DNA of 64,000 bases from Acidobacteriota bacterium (GTDB lineage Bacteria > Acidobacteriota > UBA890 > WLXD01), in contig CAXWPL010000001.1 of NCBI GenBank assembly GCA_963666215.2, positions 320,001 through 384,000 on the forward strand, read 5' to 3'. The notes beneath the pieces are model-generated. The model was not told the DNA's origin. It was given only the letters and a program-made list of their open reading frames with translations, and did not search any database. Shown piece by piece: positions 52,589 through 61,775 of this stretch; the first letter of the stretch is position 1; every line of letters begins with the position of its first letter. Both the position numbers and the translations under genes were made by a program.

Positions 52589-53694
52589 GAGTGACGCGAA
52601 CCGCGTCTTCGAACCGAAGACACCACCTGCTGCTAACGCTCGCCGGATGGTTCGCGCTGTCTTGCGCCGAAGCCACCCCGCTAGTCCAGCCGGTCGACAC
52701 CGCCGCGCTCGGACCCTTCCTCGACGGCCTGCTGCTCGAGCACGACGTACCAGGCGCCGCCTTCGCGCTGTTCAACGACGAGGGTGTGCTCTACGAATAC
52801 GTCGGCGGCGTCAAGAACAACTCAACACGCGAGCCGGTCAAGGCGAGCACCGCGTTCGAGGCGGCGTCGATCAGCAAGCCGATGTTCGCGTACATCGTTT
52901 ATTCACTGATGCGCGACGGCACCGTGGACCTCGACGCATCTGTAAGCACGCTGGTTCCCGAGATTCCGGAGCTCGCCTACGACCCTCGCTCCGCAACCCT
53001 GACGCCACGGCTCCTTCTGACCCATCAAGGCGGACTGCCCAACTGGCGCAGCCGAATGGACTTCGCCGCCAAAAGCTACGACGAGCTCTTCGCACCCGAC
53101 GACACACTGAAGTTCATCGCCGAGCCAGGCACCGAGTACAACTACTCCGGCGAAGGTTATGTGCTTCTACAAAGGATGATCGAGACACACACCGGACTCG
53201 GCCTCAATGACCTGGCGAAAGACCGGGTCTTCGAGCCTCTGGGAATGACCGCCAGCAGTTTCTTTCTCGACACGGACGTCCGGGGCGACTACTCGCTCGG
53301 CCACAATGGTGAAGGCGCTCCCGACAAGTGGGAGGTTCACCTGCCGATCGCAAGCTCGACCTTGCATACAACCGCCTCCGACCTCGCATTGTTCGGCGCC
53401 CACCTCGCTTCGGAGATCCGCACCGCGGGCCCGTATTCGGCTCTCACAACTCCGGTTGTAACCGTCGGCACCGACGGCGACAGAACACTGAGCTGGGGAC
53501 TGGGCCTGGGCATCATGTCCGACGGCCCGCGCCGGTACGTCTACCACGGCGGCAACAACGTGATCTTCATTGCCGATCTGATGTACGGAATCGACGCAAA
53601 CGTCGGCTACGCCCTGCTGACCAACAGCTCCAACGGGCAGGCGATCGTCGAAGCCGTCGAGCGCCGCATCTTCGGCAGTCACGTGCGTCGGTAA
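52585..53694 (+). CDS. Serine hydrolase (beta-lactamase-like), probable lipoprotein
   Basis: AASISK, YNYSGEG, HGG. ALSC lipobox-like motif. Confidence 0.9.
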   Translation: MRVTRTASSNRRHHLLLTLAGWFALSCAEATPLVQPVDTAALGPFLDGLLLEHDVPGAAFALFNDEGVLYEYVGGVKNNSTREPVKASTAFEAASISKPMFAYIVYSLMRDGTVDLDASVSTLVPEIPELAYDPRSATLTPRLLLTHQGGLPNWRSRMDFAAKSYDELFAPDDTLKFIAEPGTEYNYSGEGYVLLQRMIETHTGLGLNDLAKDRVFEPLGMTASSFFLDTDVRGDYSLGHNGEGAPDKWEVHLPIASSTLHTTASDLALFGAHLASEIRTAGPYSALTTPVVTVGTDGDRTLSWGLGLGIMSDGPRRYVYHGGNNVIFIADLMYGIDANVGYALLTNSSNGQAIVEAVERRIFGSHVRR

Positions 53695-53837
53695 CGACCT
53701 CGGGGCGTTGGGACCTGGTGCCGACGACTACGGCAAGGCGAAAGAGTTGGCGATCGCAGAGAGTTGGCGCGCCCGACGACCAACTGCTGTTGCTCGGCCC
53801 GCCTGGGTTTTGTTTCCGCTAACGCGCGAGGCTGTGG

Positions 53838-54914
53838 ATGAACCGTCGAACCCTCATCGGAGCCGCCACGGCGGCGGTCGCCGCTCCGTGGAACGTGGCG
53901 CATGCGCCCGCCGGCCGGCCGCGCCCGCAGGCCCCTCACTCGTTTCTCGATGCGATGGGAGAGATCCGCACCACCCATACCCGTGAGGTTCTCCGGGCGG
54001 TGATCGACAGCGGCACACGATCGGTGACGGTGACGCTCACGGATCCCAAAATCTTCGGTGAGGCCGCGCTCGACGCCGCGCTGAAAGACCTGTCGGCATA
54101 CGACCGCCATATCGAAACGACGGCCGATCTGCTGCTCAAGGCGACCTCGGTTGCCGATATCGCCCGTGCCGAACGCGACAACAAGATCGCGCTGTTCTAC
54201 CTGTTGCAGAACACCACGCCGATCCACAAGGACTTCGATCGGATCGACCTGCTGTACAACCTGGGACTGCGGTCGCTGCAGTTGACCTACAACTACCAGA
54301 ACTACGTCGGCGCAGGCTGCCGAGAGCCTGGCGATCACGGCCTGACCCTGTTCGGGCACGAGGTCGTCGAACGGATGAACGAAATCGGCATGCTCATCGA
54401 CACTTCGCACGCCAACATGGCAACCATGGCCGATGCGATCCGGACCTCGCGGCAGCCGACGATCATCTCCCATACGGCCTGCCAGGCAGTTCACCAGCAC
54501 GTCCGCAACACCACCGACGAAAACCTGCGCCTGTTCGCCGAGCACGGCGGCCTGGTGGGCATGTGCCAGATCCGACCGTTTCTCACCGACGACCGCTCGG
54601 ACGACAACGTGCGCTTCTACTTCGACCACATCGCCCACGCGCTCAACGTCGCCGGCACCGACCACGTCTGCATCGGCAGCGATCGCGACCACCGCGTCAT
54701 TATCGACGACCCGGAAGAGGTGGCGCTCTTGCTCGAGGAGGAGGGTGCCCAGTTCAACCCGGCCGACTGGCCGCTGTACATGCCGGCGATGAACGGTCCT
54801 CGACGTATGGAAGTCGTCTACGACGGGCTACGCGGCCGTGGCTACGGCTCCGACACGCTCGAGACGGTGATGCACGGCAACCTCAGACGGCTCTACACCG
54901 AAGTCATCGGCTAG
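53838..54914 (+). CDS. Membrane dipeptidase (M19/amidohydrolase) family, Tat-like leader
   Basis: QLTYN, GLTLFG, IDTSH, IISHT, RNTTD, HVCIGSD. Confidence 0.88.
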   Translation: MNRRTLIGAATAAVAAPWNVAHAPAGRPRPQAPHSFLDAMGEIRTTHTREVLRAVIDSGTRSVTVTLTDPKIFGEAALDAALKDLSAYDRHIETTADLLLKATSVADIARAERDNKIALFYLLQNTTPIHKDFDRIDLLYNLGLRSLQLTYNYQNYVGAGCREPGDHGLTLFGHEVVERMNEIGMLIDTSHANMATMADAIRTSRQPTIISHTACQAVHQHVRNTTDENLRLFAEHGGLVGMCQIRPFLTDDRSDDNVRFYFDHIAHALNVAGTDHVCIGSDRDHRVIIDDPEEVALLLEEEGAQFNPADWPLYMPAMNGPRRMEVVYDGLRGRGYGSDTLETVMHGNLRRLYTEVIG

Positions 54915-54992
54915 CCGTCGCGGCGACAGAGCCGTCACGCGCGACCGGTTCGAGAGGGGCGCCCAGCAGATACCGGAGCCCAGGGACTACCC

Positions 54993-55036
54993 TTCGATAG
55001 GTATTGTTTTATAACTATAAACTGATTACTATCGAA
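54993..55036. promoter_or_regulatory. AT-rich inverted repeat upstream of the second padR
   Basis: TTCGATAG...CTATCGAA enclosing GTTTTATAACTATAAAC. Confidence 0.55.
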
Positions 55037-55075
55037 AAACGTCTCATCACAAAACCAACGCGCGTCGGAGCCGTC

Positions 55076-55429
55076 ATGAACGATCACCGCACCGCCATCC
55101 AGGCCCACGTTCCGATGAAACCCGTGTGGCACCAGATTTTGCTCTCGATTGCCACTGGCGACTCGCACGGCTATGCGATTCGCGAGTCGGTGGAGACACG
55201 CACGGAGGGCGCCATGCGGCTGTGGCCGGCCACACTTTACGGAACGCTGCAGCGCATGACCGAAGCGGGGCTGCTGGATGAACAGCCGGCCGCTGACGAC
55301 CCGCGTAACAAGCGACTGTTCTCATTGACCGACGCCGGACGCGCCGTGCTCGAGGCGGAGACCCGTCGACTCGAGGCTCTGATCGACCTGACCCGTACGC
55401 GATCGGTGCTTGCGGGAGGCGACCGGTGA
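55076..55429 (+). CDS. PadR-family regulator
   Basis: QILLSI, HGYAI, LWPATLYGTLQRM, LTDAGR. Confidence 0.9.
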   Translation: MNDHRTAIQAHVPMKPVWHQILLSIATGDSHGYAIRESVETRTEGAMRLWPATLYGTLQRMTEAGLLDEQPAADDPRNKRLFSLTDAGRAVLEAETRRLEALIDLTRTRSVLAGGDR

Positions 55430-58218
55430 TGAGGTCTGGCGTTGGGACCGATACCGGAAACGGACCCGGGAGCACCGCCTCCGGCCCCCGGCGAGCCCTG
55501 AGTGTGCGGCTTGCGGCCCGGCTGTTCGAGCTTGCGCTCCCGCTGCTGCCGCGAGGTTCGCGGCGCTTGCTGGCTGATGACCTCACCGACATGTTCGAGC
55601 ACCTGGCAACCCGTGCGCACCGCAGCGGCGGCACGCTGGCGGTCGCCGGAGTGTGGTGGCACAGCGTGATCGATCTTCTCCGACAGGCCCGCCGCGAGAG
55701 ACGAGAACCACCCGTTCCTTTGCCACCTCGCAACCGAGCTCCCCTTCAAAGGAACCGCACCAGCGCCATGAAATCGCTCGGGACCGACCTACGCCACGCC
55801 GCGCTCGGCCTGCGGAAGAGCCCGGCCTACACGGCCGTGGTTTTAGCCACCCTCGCTCTCGGCATTGGCGCCGTCACCGCCATCTTCAGCCTGGTGAACG
55901 CGGTGCTGATTGCGCCACTCAGCTATGTCGACGCCGATCGGATCGTCGTGTTCTGGGGAGCGGAGAACGGAATCCAGGAATCCCACGGCACGCTGGCCTA
56001 TTTGAACTTCATCGACGTCCGTGCGGCGTCCCGGTCGTTCGAAGTTGCCTCGGCGTACGACGAGTGGCGCGCCAATTTGACTGGCTCCGGCGAGCCGCAA
56101 CGCATCGACGGCGCTCAGGTCAACGTGCAGTACTTCGACGTCTTCGGCGTGCGGCCGGTGGCCGGCCGGTTCTTTGCCGCCGACGAAGACCGCGACGGCA
56201 ACGACCGCGTGGTGGTGCTCAGCCATGGCTTCTGGACGCGCAAATTCGGCCGCGACCCAGGCATCGTCGGCAACACCATCGACCTGGACGGTCGAGCGCA
56301 CGTCGTGGTCGGGGTGGCACCAGCGAACTTCGAGGACCCGCGGCTCGGAGCCTGGGCCTGGACCAGCCCTGAGCTGTGGCGACCGCTCGGCTACGAAGGC
56401 GTACCTCTGGAAGACCAACCCAGCCGCGGGTCCGACTCCTTTATCGCCGTTGGAAAACTGCGCGACGGCGTCTCTCGCGAGGCTGCCGCGGCCGAGGTTG
56501 ACGCGCTCATGGCCGCGCTCGTGGCCGAGTACCCCGACGAGAACAGCCCCGGCGAAGGGATGGCCCTTGTGCCGCTGCGCGAAACCATGGTTCGCGAGGC
56601 ACGTCCGTCGTTACTCGTGCTCTTCGCCGCGGTCGGCTTGCTGCTCGCGGTGGCGGCCGTCAACGTAGCCAGCCTGATGATGTCGAGGGCGGCCGACCGC
56701 AGCCGCGAAACTGCTGTTCGACTTGCGCTCGGGGCGAGTCGCGCGCGGTTGTTGCAGCTGCATCTGGCCGAGGGGTTGTTGCTCTCGGCGGCCGGCGGCG
56801 CGTTGGGCGTGATGTCGGCACACGCGCTGCTCGCCATCTTCATGCGGATCGGCGGCCACGCCCTTCCGCGAGCAGGCGGGGTGGGCGTCGATGCGACGGT
56901 GCTGGCGTTCACCGGGGCAGTGAGCATCCTTGCGGGCATGGTCTGCGGCATCGCGCCGCTCGGACGCGCGCTGCGTACCGATCCGCAGGTGGCACTCCGA
57001 GGCGGGGTCAGCGCCGATGCCGACCGCGACTCGCTCGCCAGGCGCGGCCTGGTTGTTGGCGAGGTCGCCATCGCCGTGATCTTGCTGGTGGGCGCCGGGC
57101 TGCTGTTACGCAGCTTCGCCGCACTGAGCGCCGTCGATCTCGGTATGAACCCCGACGACATCCTGGTGTTCGATGTGTCGCTGCCGTTCGCTTCGTATTC
57201 GGAAGTGGCGCAGCACGACACCTTCTTTACCGAGGTGCTCGGCCGCCTCGAGCATACCCCCGGGGTGCTCGCCGCCGGCACAACGCACGTCCTGCCGCTT
57301 TCGGACAACTTCGACAGCATGGGGGCGTACGATGCCGCCAAGCCGGAACCGAAGGACGGCGAGGAAGGCGATTTCAGCCCGCAGTCACGAACGGTGATGC
57401 CCGGCTATCTTGACGCCATGGGAATGAAGATCGTGTCGGGTCGCTGGCTCGCAGAAACCGACACCGCCGAGACGGAGTTCGTGGTTGTTCTCAACAAGCG
57501 CTTTGCCGACATGCTCTGGCCCGGCGAAGATCCGCTCGGCCGCCAGATCCGCACCTGGCGCGAGGAGCCCCTACGAGTGGTGGGCGTGGTGGCCAACATC
57601 AAGCACCTCAATGTTCCCGAGGATCCTGGGCCAGCCATGTATGTGGCGCTGCCGCAGGGGATCATGCCCTGGCACGGCCGTCGAGCCAACGTAGTCGTCC
57701 GCACGGCTGGTGATCCGCTGGCCGTGGTGGAGGCTGCGCGCGAGTCGGTGCACGCGGTCGATCCAAACCTGCCGGTGGCCGACTTCCGCACCATGAGCTC
57801 GGTGCTGTCCAACAACCTGCAGGCACCGCGGTTCCGCGCTGTGCTCATCGGTTCGTTCGCCGCCACCGCCCTGCTTCTGGCCGCCCTCGGTGTGTACGGC
57901 GTGGTTGCGTTTCACGTGGCGCGCCAGCTGCGCAACGTAGCCATCCGTATCGCTCTCGGCGCCAACGCCGGTCGCGTGATGGGCCACGTACTGCTTGCGG
58001 GCCTGGCGCCGGTGCTGCTCGGCACGGTTGTCGGCCTCGCTGGCGCGTTCGTCGCGAGTCGCGCGATCGAGAGCTTTCTGTTCAACACCGCTCCGGTCGA
58101 TCCGGCCACGTTCGTGCTCGTGCCCGCGATTCTGCTCGCCACAGCAACGGTCGCCTGCTGGCTTCCCGCACGCCGCGCCACTCGCGTCGATCCGATGAGC
58201 ACGCTGCTCGACGATTGA
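55426..58218 (+). CDS. ADOP-family duplicated ABC permease (intact)
   Basis: LALGIGAVTAIFS, two MacB/FtsX units, PARRATRVDP. Confidence 0.93.
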   Translation: MMRSGVGTDTGNGPGSTASGPRRALSVRLAARLFELALPLLPRGSRRLLADDLTDMFEHLATRAHRSGGTLAVAGVWWHSVIDLLRQARRERREPPVPLPPRNRAPLQRNRTSAMKSLGTDLRHAALGLRKSPAYTAVVLATLALGIGAVTAIFSLVNAVLIAPLSYVDADRIVVFWGAENGIQESHGTLAYLNFIDVRAASRSFEVASAYDEWRANLTGSGEPQRIDGAQVNVQYFDVFGVRPVAGRFFAADEDRDGNDRVVVLSHGFWTRKFGRDPGIVGNTIDLDGRAHVVVGVAPANFEDPRLGAWAWTSPELWRPLGYEGVPLEDQPSRGSDSFIAVGKLRDGVSREAAAAEVDALMAALVAEYPDENSPGEGMALVPLRETMVREARPSLLVLFAAVGLLLAVAAVNVASLMMSRAADRSRETAVRLALGASRARLLQLHLAEGLLLSAAGGALGVMSAHALLAIFMRIGGHALPRAGGVGVDATVLAFTGAVSILAGMVCGIAPLGRALRTDPQVALRGGVSADADRDSLARRGLVVGEVAIAVILLVGAGLLLRSFAALSAVDLGMNPDDILVFDVSLPFASYSEVAQHDTFFTEVLGRLEHTPGVLAAGTTHVLPLSDNFDSMGAYDAAKPEPKDGEEGDFSPQSRTVMPGYLDAMGMKIVSGRWLAETDTAETEFVVVLNKRFADMLWPGEDPLGRQIRTWREEPLRVVGVVANIKHLNVPEDPGPAMYVALPQGIMPWHGRRANVVVRTAGDPLAVVEAARESVHAVDPNLPVADFRTMSSVLSNNLQAPRFRAVLIGSFAATALLLAALGVYGVVAFHVARQLRNVAIRIALGANAGRVMGHVLLAGLAPVLLGTVVGLAGAFVASRAIESFLFNTAPVDPATFVLVPAILLATATVACWLPARRATRVDPMSTLLDD

Positions 58219-58258
58219 TCGGCGAGGGTTTCGGCGCGGCTATCCACAGGGAAGGGCC

Positions 58259-58792
58259 ATGATGTCTCGACTTCCGATCGTAGGAGTCATGGGCTCGGGG
58301 GTGGTCGAGCACACTCGCCGTGCGGCGTGTCTTGGTCGATGGCTCGCCGAGCAGGGCGTTCATCTCCTGACCGGAGGCGGCGGGGGCGTGATGGCTGCCG
58401 TGAGCAAGGCGTTTTACGAGGTCCCCGATCGTCGTGGTCTGGTTCTGGCGGTCCTTCCGTCCGCAGAAACCTCCGGTGTTCCGAAGGCGGGATACCCGAA
58501 CGAATGGGTCGAGATCCCAATACTCACGCATCTGCCGCTCAGTGGTGAGAGCGGCACACAGCCGCTTTCACGAAACCACATCAACGTGTTGACGTCAGAC
58601 GTCATCGTGGCGCTTCCGGGCAGTGCCGGCACCGCCAGCGAGGTGATGCTGGCACTGAGCTATCGACGCCCGATTGTGGGCTTCCTGAACTCAGCGGAGG
58701 AAATTCCCGGACTACCCCGTCAGGTGCCCGTTCATTCAGACTTCGCGAAGGTTCGGAGGTTCGTCAAGGACGGTATCGGGATGTCGAGCTGA
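58259..58792 (+). CDS. LOG/SLOG-family (molybdenum cofactor carrier-like) protein
   Basis: VGVMGS, LTGGGGGVM, SRNHIN, LPGSAGTASE. Confidence 0.85.
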   Translation: MMSRLPIVGVMGSGVVEHTRRAACLGRWLAEQGVHLLTGGGGGVMAAVSKAFYEVPDRRGLVLAVLPSAETSGVPKAGYPNEWVEIPILTHLPLSGESGTQPLSRNHINVLTSDVIVALPGSAGTASEVMLALSYRRPIVGFLNSAEEIPGLPRQVPVHSDFAKVRRFVKDGIGMSS

Positions 58793-58838
58793 CCGAAGAG
58801 TGCCTGGCGTTCACGCAGGCGCATCGGTAGAGAGACCG

Positions 58839-60473
58839 ATGACGAGACAGGCCGCAGACAGATCAGCGCCCGTACTGGGCCTCTCCGAGCGTGGGTGGCG
58901 ACGCCTACTGGATCCCGGAACACCCTTCCTGACGGCCGGCCTGTGCGGATTCCAGATTCGCAGGCGAAAGGGCTACGGGAGCCTCGGATTCGCTGGGCTT
59001 GTCACCGCCCAGATCGTGCTTGCCGTTGCCTTGATCGGCAACGTCTTGGCCCTAGCGGCGTGCACCCCAGAGCCAACGGGCGGCGCTCAGGCGACCCTCG
59101 AGCTGCGGGCGGCTGTTTTTCCGACAGAGAATGGCGAGCCCCTCCCGGCTGAGCTCGGACGGCTACAGGTTCCTGAGCGCCACGAACGGCCCGACGGCCC
59201 GCAGATCGAGGTGGCGGTCGCACGGATCCGGACCACGTCCGCCAGTCCAGGGCTACCGATTCTGTACCTGGAGGGCGGACCCGGCGGAGCGGGTATCCAC
59301 CCCGAACGGGCAGCTCTCTTTCGCGAGCTGAGAAAACACGCAGATGTCATCACCTTCGATCTGCGCGGAAGCGGGGCTTCCTCCCCCGCCCTCGATTGTC
59401 CGCAGGAGAGTGTGCTCGCTCCCCATCTCGAACCCGATCGACGGAGTCTCCTCGAGCTGCATGTGGCGGCGGCGACGCGGTGCCGCGCGCAGCTCGAGGC
59501 CCAGGGAATCGATCTGGCCGCGTACAACGCCAGCCAGGCGGTGCAGGACGTCGATGCGATTCGCCGCGCCTTCGGCGTCGAGAGAATGCAGCTGGTCGGC
59601 ATCAGCTTCGGGTCGCATCTGGCGCTCGCAACTCTGAAGAGGTTTTCCGAGAGAATCGATCGTCTCGTCCTGGCGTTGCCGGAAGGTCCGGATCAGAGCG
59701 TGAAGCTTCCAGAACAGCTTGATGCACATCTGGCGAGGATGAGCTCCCTGATCGCGGCGGATCCGGTTGCCGGGCCGTACCTTCCCGATCTCGAATCCAC
59801 CGTTCGCCGGGCACTCGAGCGCCTCGAGCGCGAGCCGCTGGAAGTGCCGCAAGAAGACGGGTCCACGATGCGGTTCACACCTTTTCTCTTTCGCCAGCTC
59901 GTAGCTGGATCGATCGTGCGCCGGCAGTTCCTCCGCTTTGCTCCTGAGGAGTACTCGGGGTTGGGCAACGATGACTTCAGCGCCTTGACGCCGTTCATCG
60001 AGAGCTCGCATCGCGCCCGAGCCTCGGGAATCCGGCTGTCGATGGACTGTGCCTCCGGTGTCTCTGCGGGGCGCTGGCAGCGCGTGCTCGAAGAGCGAGG
60101 GCACACCACGCTCGCCGGCGTCACGGACTTCCCGTACCCCGAAGTCTGTGACGCATGGAGCGTCGAAGACTTGGGACAGGGATTTCGCGCCGACCCGGAG
60201 TCCAGCCACCCCGTGCAGTTCATCGTCGGGACACTCGACGGGTTGACTCCAGAGACCAACGCGGCCGAGCTCTCTCGAGGTCTGCCGCACAGCGGCACCA
60301 TCACGGTCGAGCTCATGGGCCACGAGGGACCTGGCATCTGGCTGGACGCCGGCGAAGTCATGTCGCTCGTCGGAGCTTTTGTTGCCGGAGGACCACCGGT
60401 CACAAAGACCGTGTCCGCCCCATCGATCGACTGGGTGCTACCTGGCCAGAAGATTCCGATGGCGACGGAATGA
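58839..60473 (+). CDS. Alpha/beta-hydrolase, TAP-like peptidase (probable lipoprotein)
   Basis: LEGGPG, DLRGSG, GISFG nucleophile, GTLDGLTP, GH, LAAC lipobox. Start uncertain. Confidence 0.85.
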   Translation: MTRQAADRSAPVLGLSERGWRRLLDPGTPFLTAGLCGFQIRRRKGYGSLGFAGLVTAQIVLAVALIGNVLALAACTPEPTGGAQATLELRAAVFPTENGEPLPAELGRLQVPERHERPDGPQIEVAVARIRTTSASPGLPILYLEGGPGGAGIHPERAALFRELRKHADVITFDLRGSGASSPALDCPQESVLAPHLEPDRRSLLELHVAAATRCRAQLEAQGIDLAAYNASQAVQDVDAIRRAFGVERMQLVGISFGSHLALATLKRFSERIDRLVLALPEGPDQSVKLPEQLDAHLARMSSLIAADPVAGPYLPDLESTVRRALERLEREPLEVPQEDGSTMRFTPFLFRQLVAGSIVRRQFLRFAPEEYSGLGNDDFSALTPFIESSHRARASGIRLSMDCASGVSAGRWQRVLEERGHTTLAGVTDFPYPEVCDAWSVEDLGQGFRADPESSHPVQFIVGTLDGLTPETNAAELSRGLPHSGTITVELMGHEGPGIWLDAGEVMSLVGAFVAGGPPVTKTVSAPSIDWVLPGQKIPMATE

Positions 60474-60543
60474 TGGTTCGACCGTTGGTCTTCGTGTTCT
60501 GACCTCGGGCCGTTCCGTTCTTCAGGTGCCTCCTGGACGATCG

Positions 60544-61041
60544 TCAGTAGCGCTGCGCCGTCGCCAGACCCGCCAGCGACATCGCGCGGCCGGGAGTGCG
60601 CGCCAGGGCCGCGCGGTAGGCCTCGGCGGCCTCTTTGTTGCGCCCCGCCGCGAGCTGCAACTCCGCGAGCAATTCTTTCGACGGCTTATCGACGTACGGC
60701 GGGCCGAACATGAAGGGCATCTGCGCCTCGAGTGCCGCCGTGACTCCCTGACCGGTGATCCTGACGTCCGCATGAAGCTCACTCCCTTGGTTGCAGGGGC
60801 AGGCCGCGACGTCGGGGAGAAATTCTCGCCGTGGACTATTACAAGGATATCTATAGCAAATAATAGAATAGACAACAAACGAACTGAACGCCCTCACCTC
60901 GATGTCGGAGACGTACAGGACCGAATTGATGTCACCCGTGAGCACGCCGTGCGCCTCCTCGCCTTGGTCCTGGACGGCGTGATGCGGAGTGAACCCGCCG
61001 AAAGCGGCGAGGAAGGCCGGGAGAGCGAGTATTCTTCTCAC
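60544..61041 (-). pseudogene. Exported TPR-protein remnant with foreign middle segment
   Basis: Signal-like N-terminus and TPR C-terminus (GPPYVDKPSKELLAE...AYRAALARTPGR..SLAGLA) joined by about 180 bp that includes an AT-rich block. Confidence 0.6.
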
Positions 61042-61130
61042 TACTCATCGCTTGCGGGGATGAGATCATCGAGCCTGATCGTGGGATCCTACCGCCGCGA
61101 GCCAGGTGGCTCCTCGGGAGATCAAGGACC

Positions 61131-61568
61131 ATGACGTTGAAACACGCGATCTTCGATTCCGGCAAGGACGGGACCTGGCGAGACCTGGGGTTGCTGTTCG
61201 CCCGCGTCAGCTTCTCGGTCACTGTGATCTGGCGTCACGGACTCGAAAAGCTTCCGGAGTTCGCCGCCAACCCGATCGAGTTCTTCGATCCCATTGGTTT
61301 GGGCCCGACGCTGAGCCTGATCCTGGCGACCTTTGCCGAGCTCGTCTGTGCTTTGGCGCTGGCGGTGGGCATCGCCAGTCGTCCCGCCAGCGCTCTGCTC
61401 GCCATCAATTTCGCGGTGATCGTCGTGGCCCTGCACGGGGGCCAGGTCCCGGGCGACCGCGGCGAGCTGGCGTTCCTCTTCCTCCTCGCCTTCGTAACGC
61501 TGTGGCTCACCGGCCCCGGACGCTACTCGCTCGACCACCGGCTGGGACGCAACGACCGCCGTCGCTGA
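61131..61568 (+). CDS. DoxX family membrane protein
   Basis: LGLLFAR, HGLEKL, FFDPIGLG, GPGRYSLD. Confidence 0.92.
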   Translation: MTLKHAIFDSGKDGTWRDLGLLFARVSFSVTVIWRHGLEKLPEFAANPIEFFDPIGLGPTLSLILATFAELVCALALAVGIASRPASALLAINFAVIVVALHGGQVPGDRGELAFLFLLAFVTLWLTGPGRYSLDHRLGRNDRRR

Positions 61569-61574
61569 CGTCTA

Positions 61575-61687
61575 CCGACGAGCGTTCAGTCTACGTCGTG
61601 TACCTCGGCGTCGACCCGAGCTACGACGCACTGCGCGGTACTCGCGAGTTCGACGCGTTGCTGGCGCGCTTGGGACTGCAGCTATAG
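61575..61687 (+). pseudogene. Orphan C-terminal tail of an acidobacterial TPR/kinase/wHTH-type protein
   Basis: ERSVYVVYLGVDPSYDALRGTREFDALLARLGL* resembles the VDPxxDxLRxDPRFxxLLxRxGL terminus. No start or body. Confidence 0.65.
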
Positions 61688-61775
61688 AAACTCGCCTCGG
61701 CGGGCGCCCGTCCTCTCATCTCGCGCTGAGGCTGGAGTCCCGAGCGGCTCTGTCCTGTGTGGCTTCAGATGGCCG

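Noticed and set aside
49626-54914. Cyclodeaminase-VOC-pirin-GNAT-hydrolase-dipeptidase run as a biosynthetic cluster
   Set aside because: No scaffold synthase, precursor peptide or dedicated transporter. It looks like co-oriented unrelated accessory genes.
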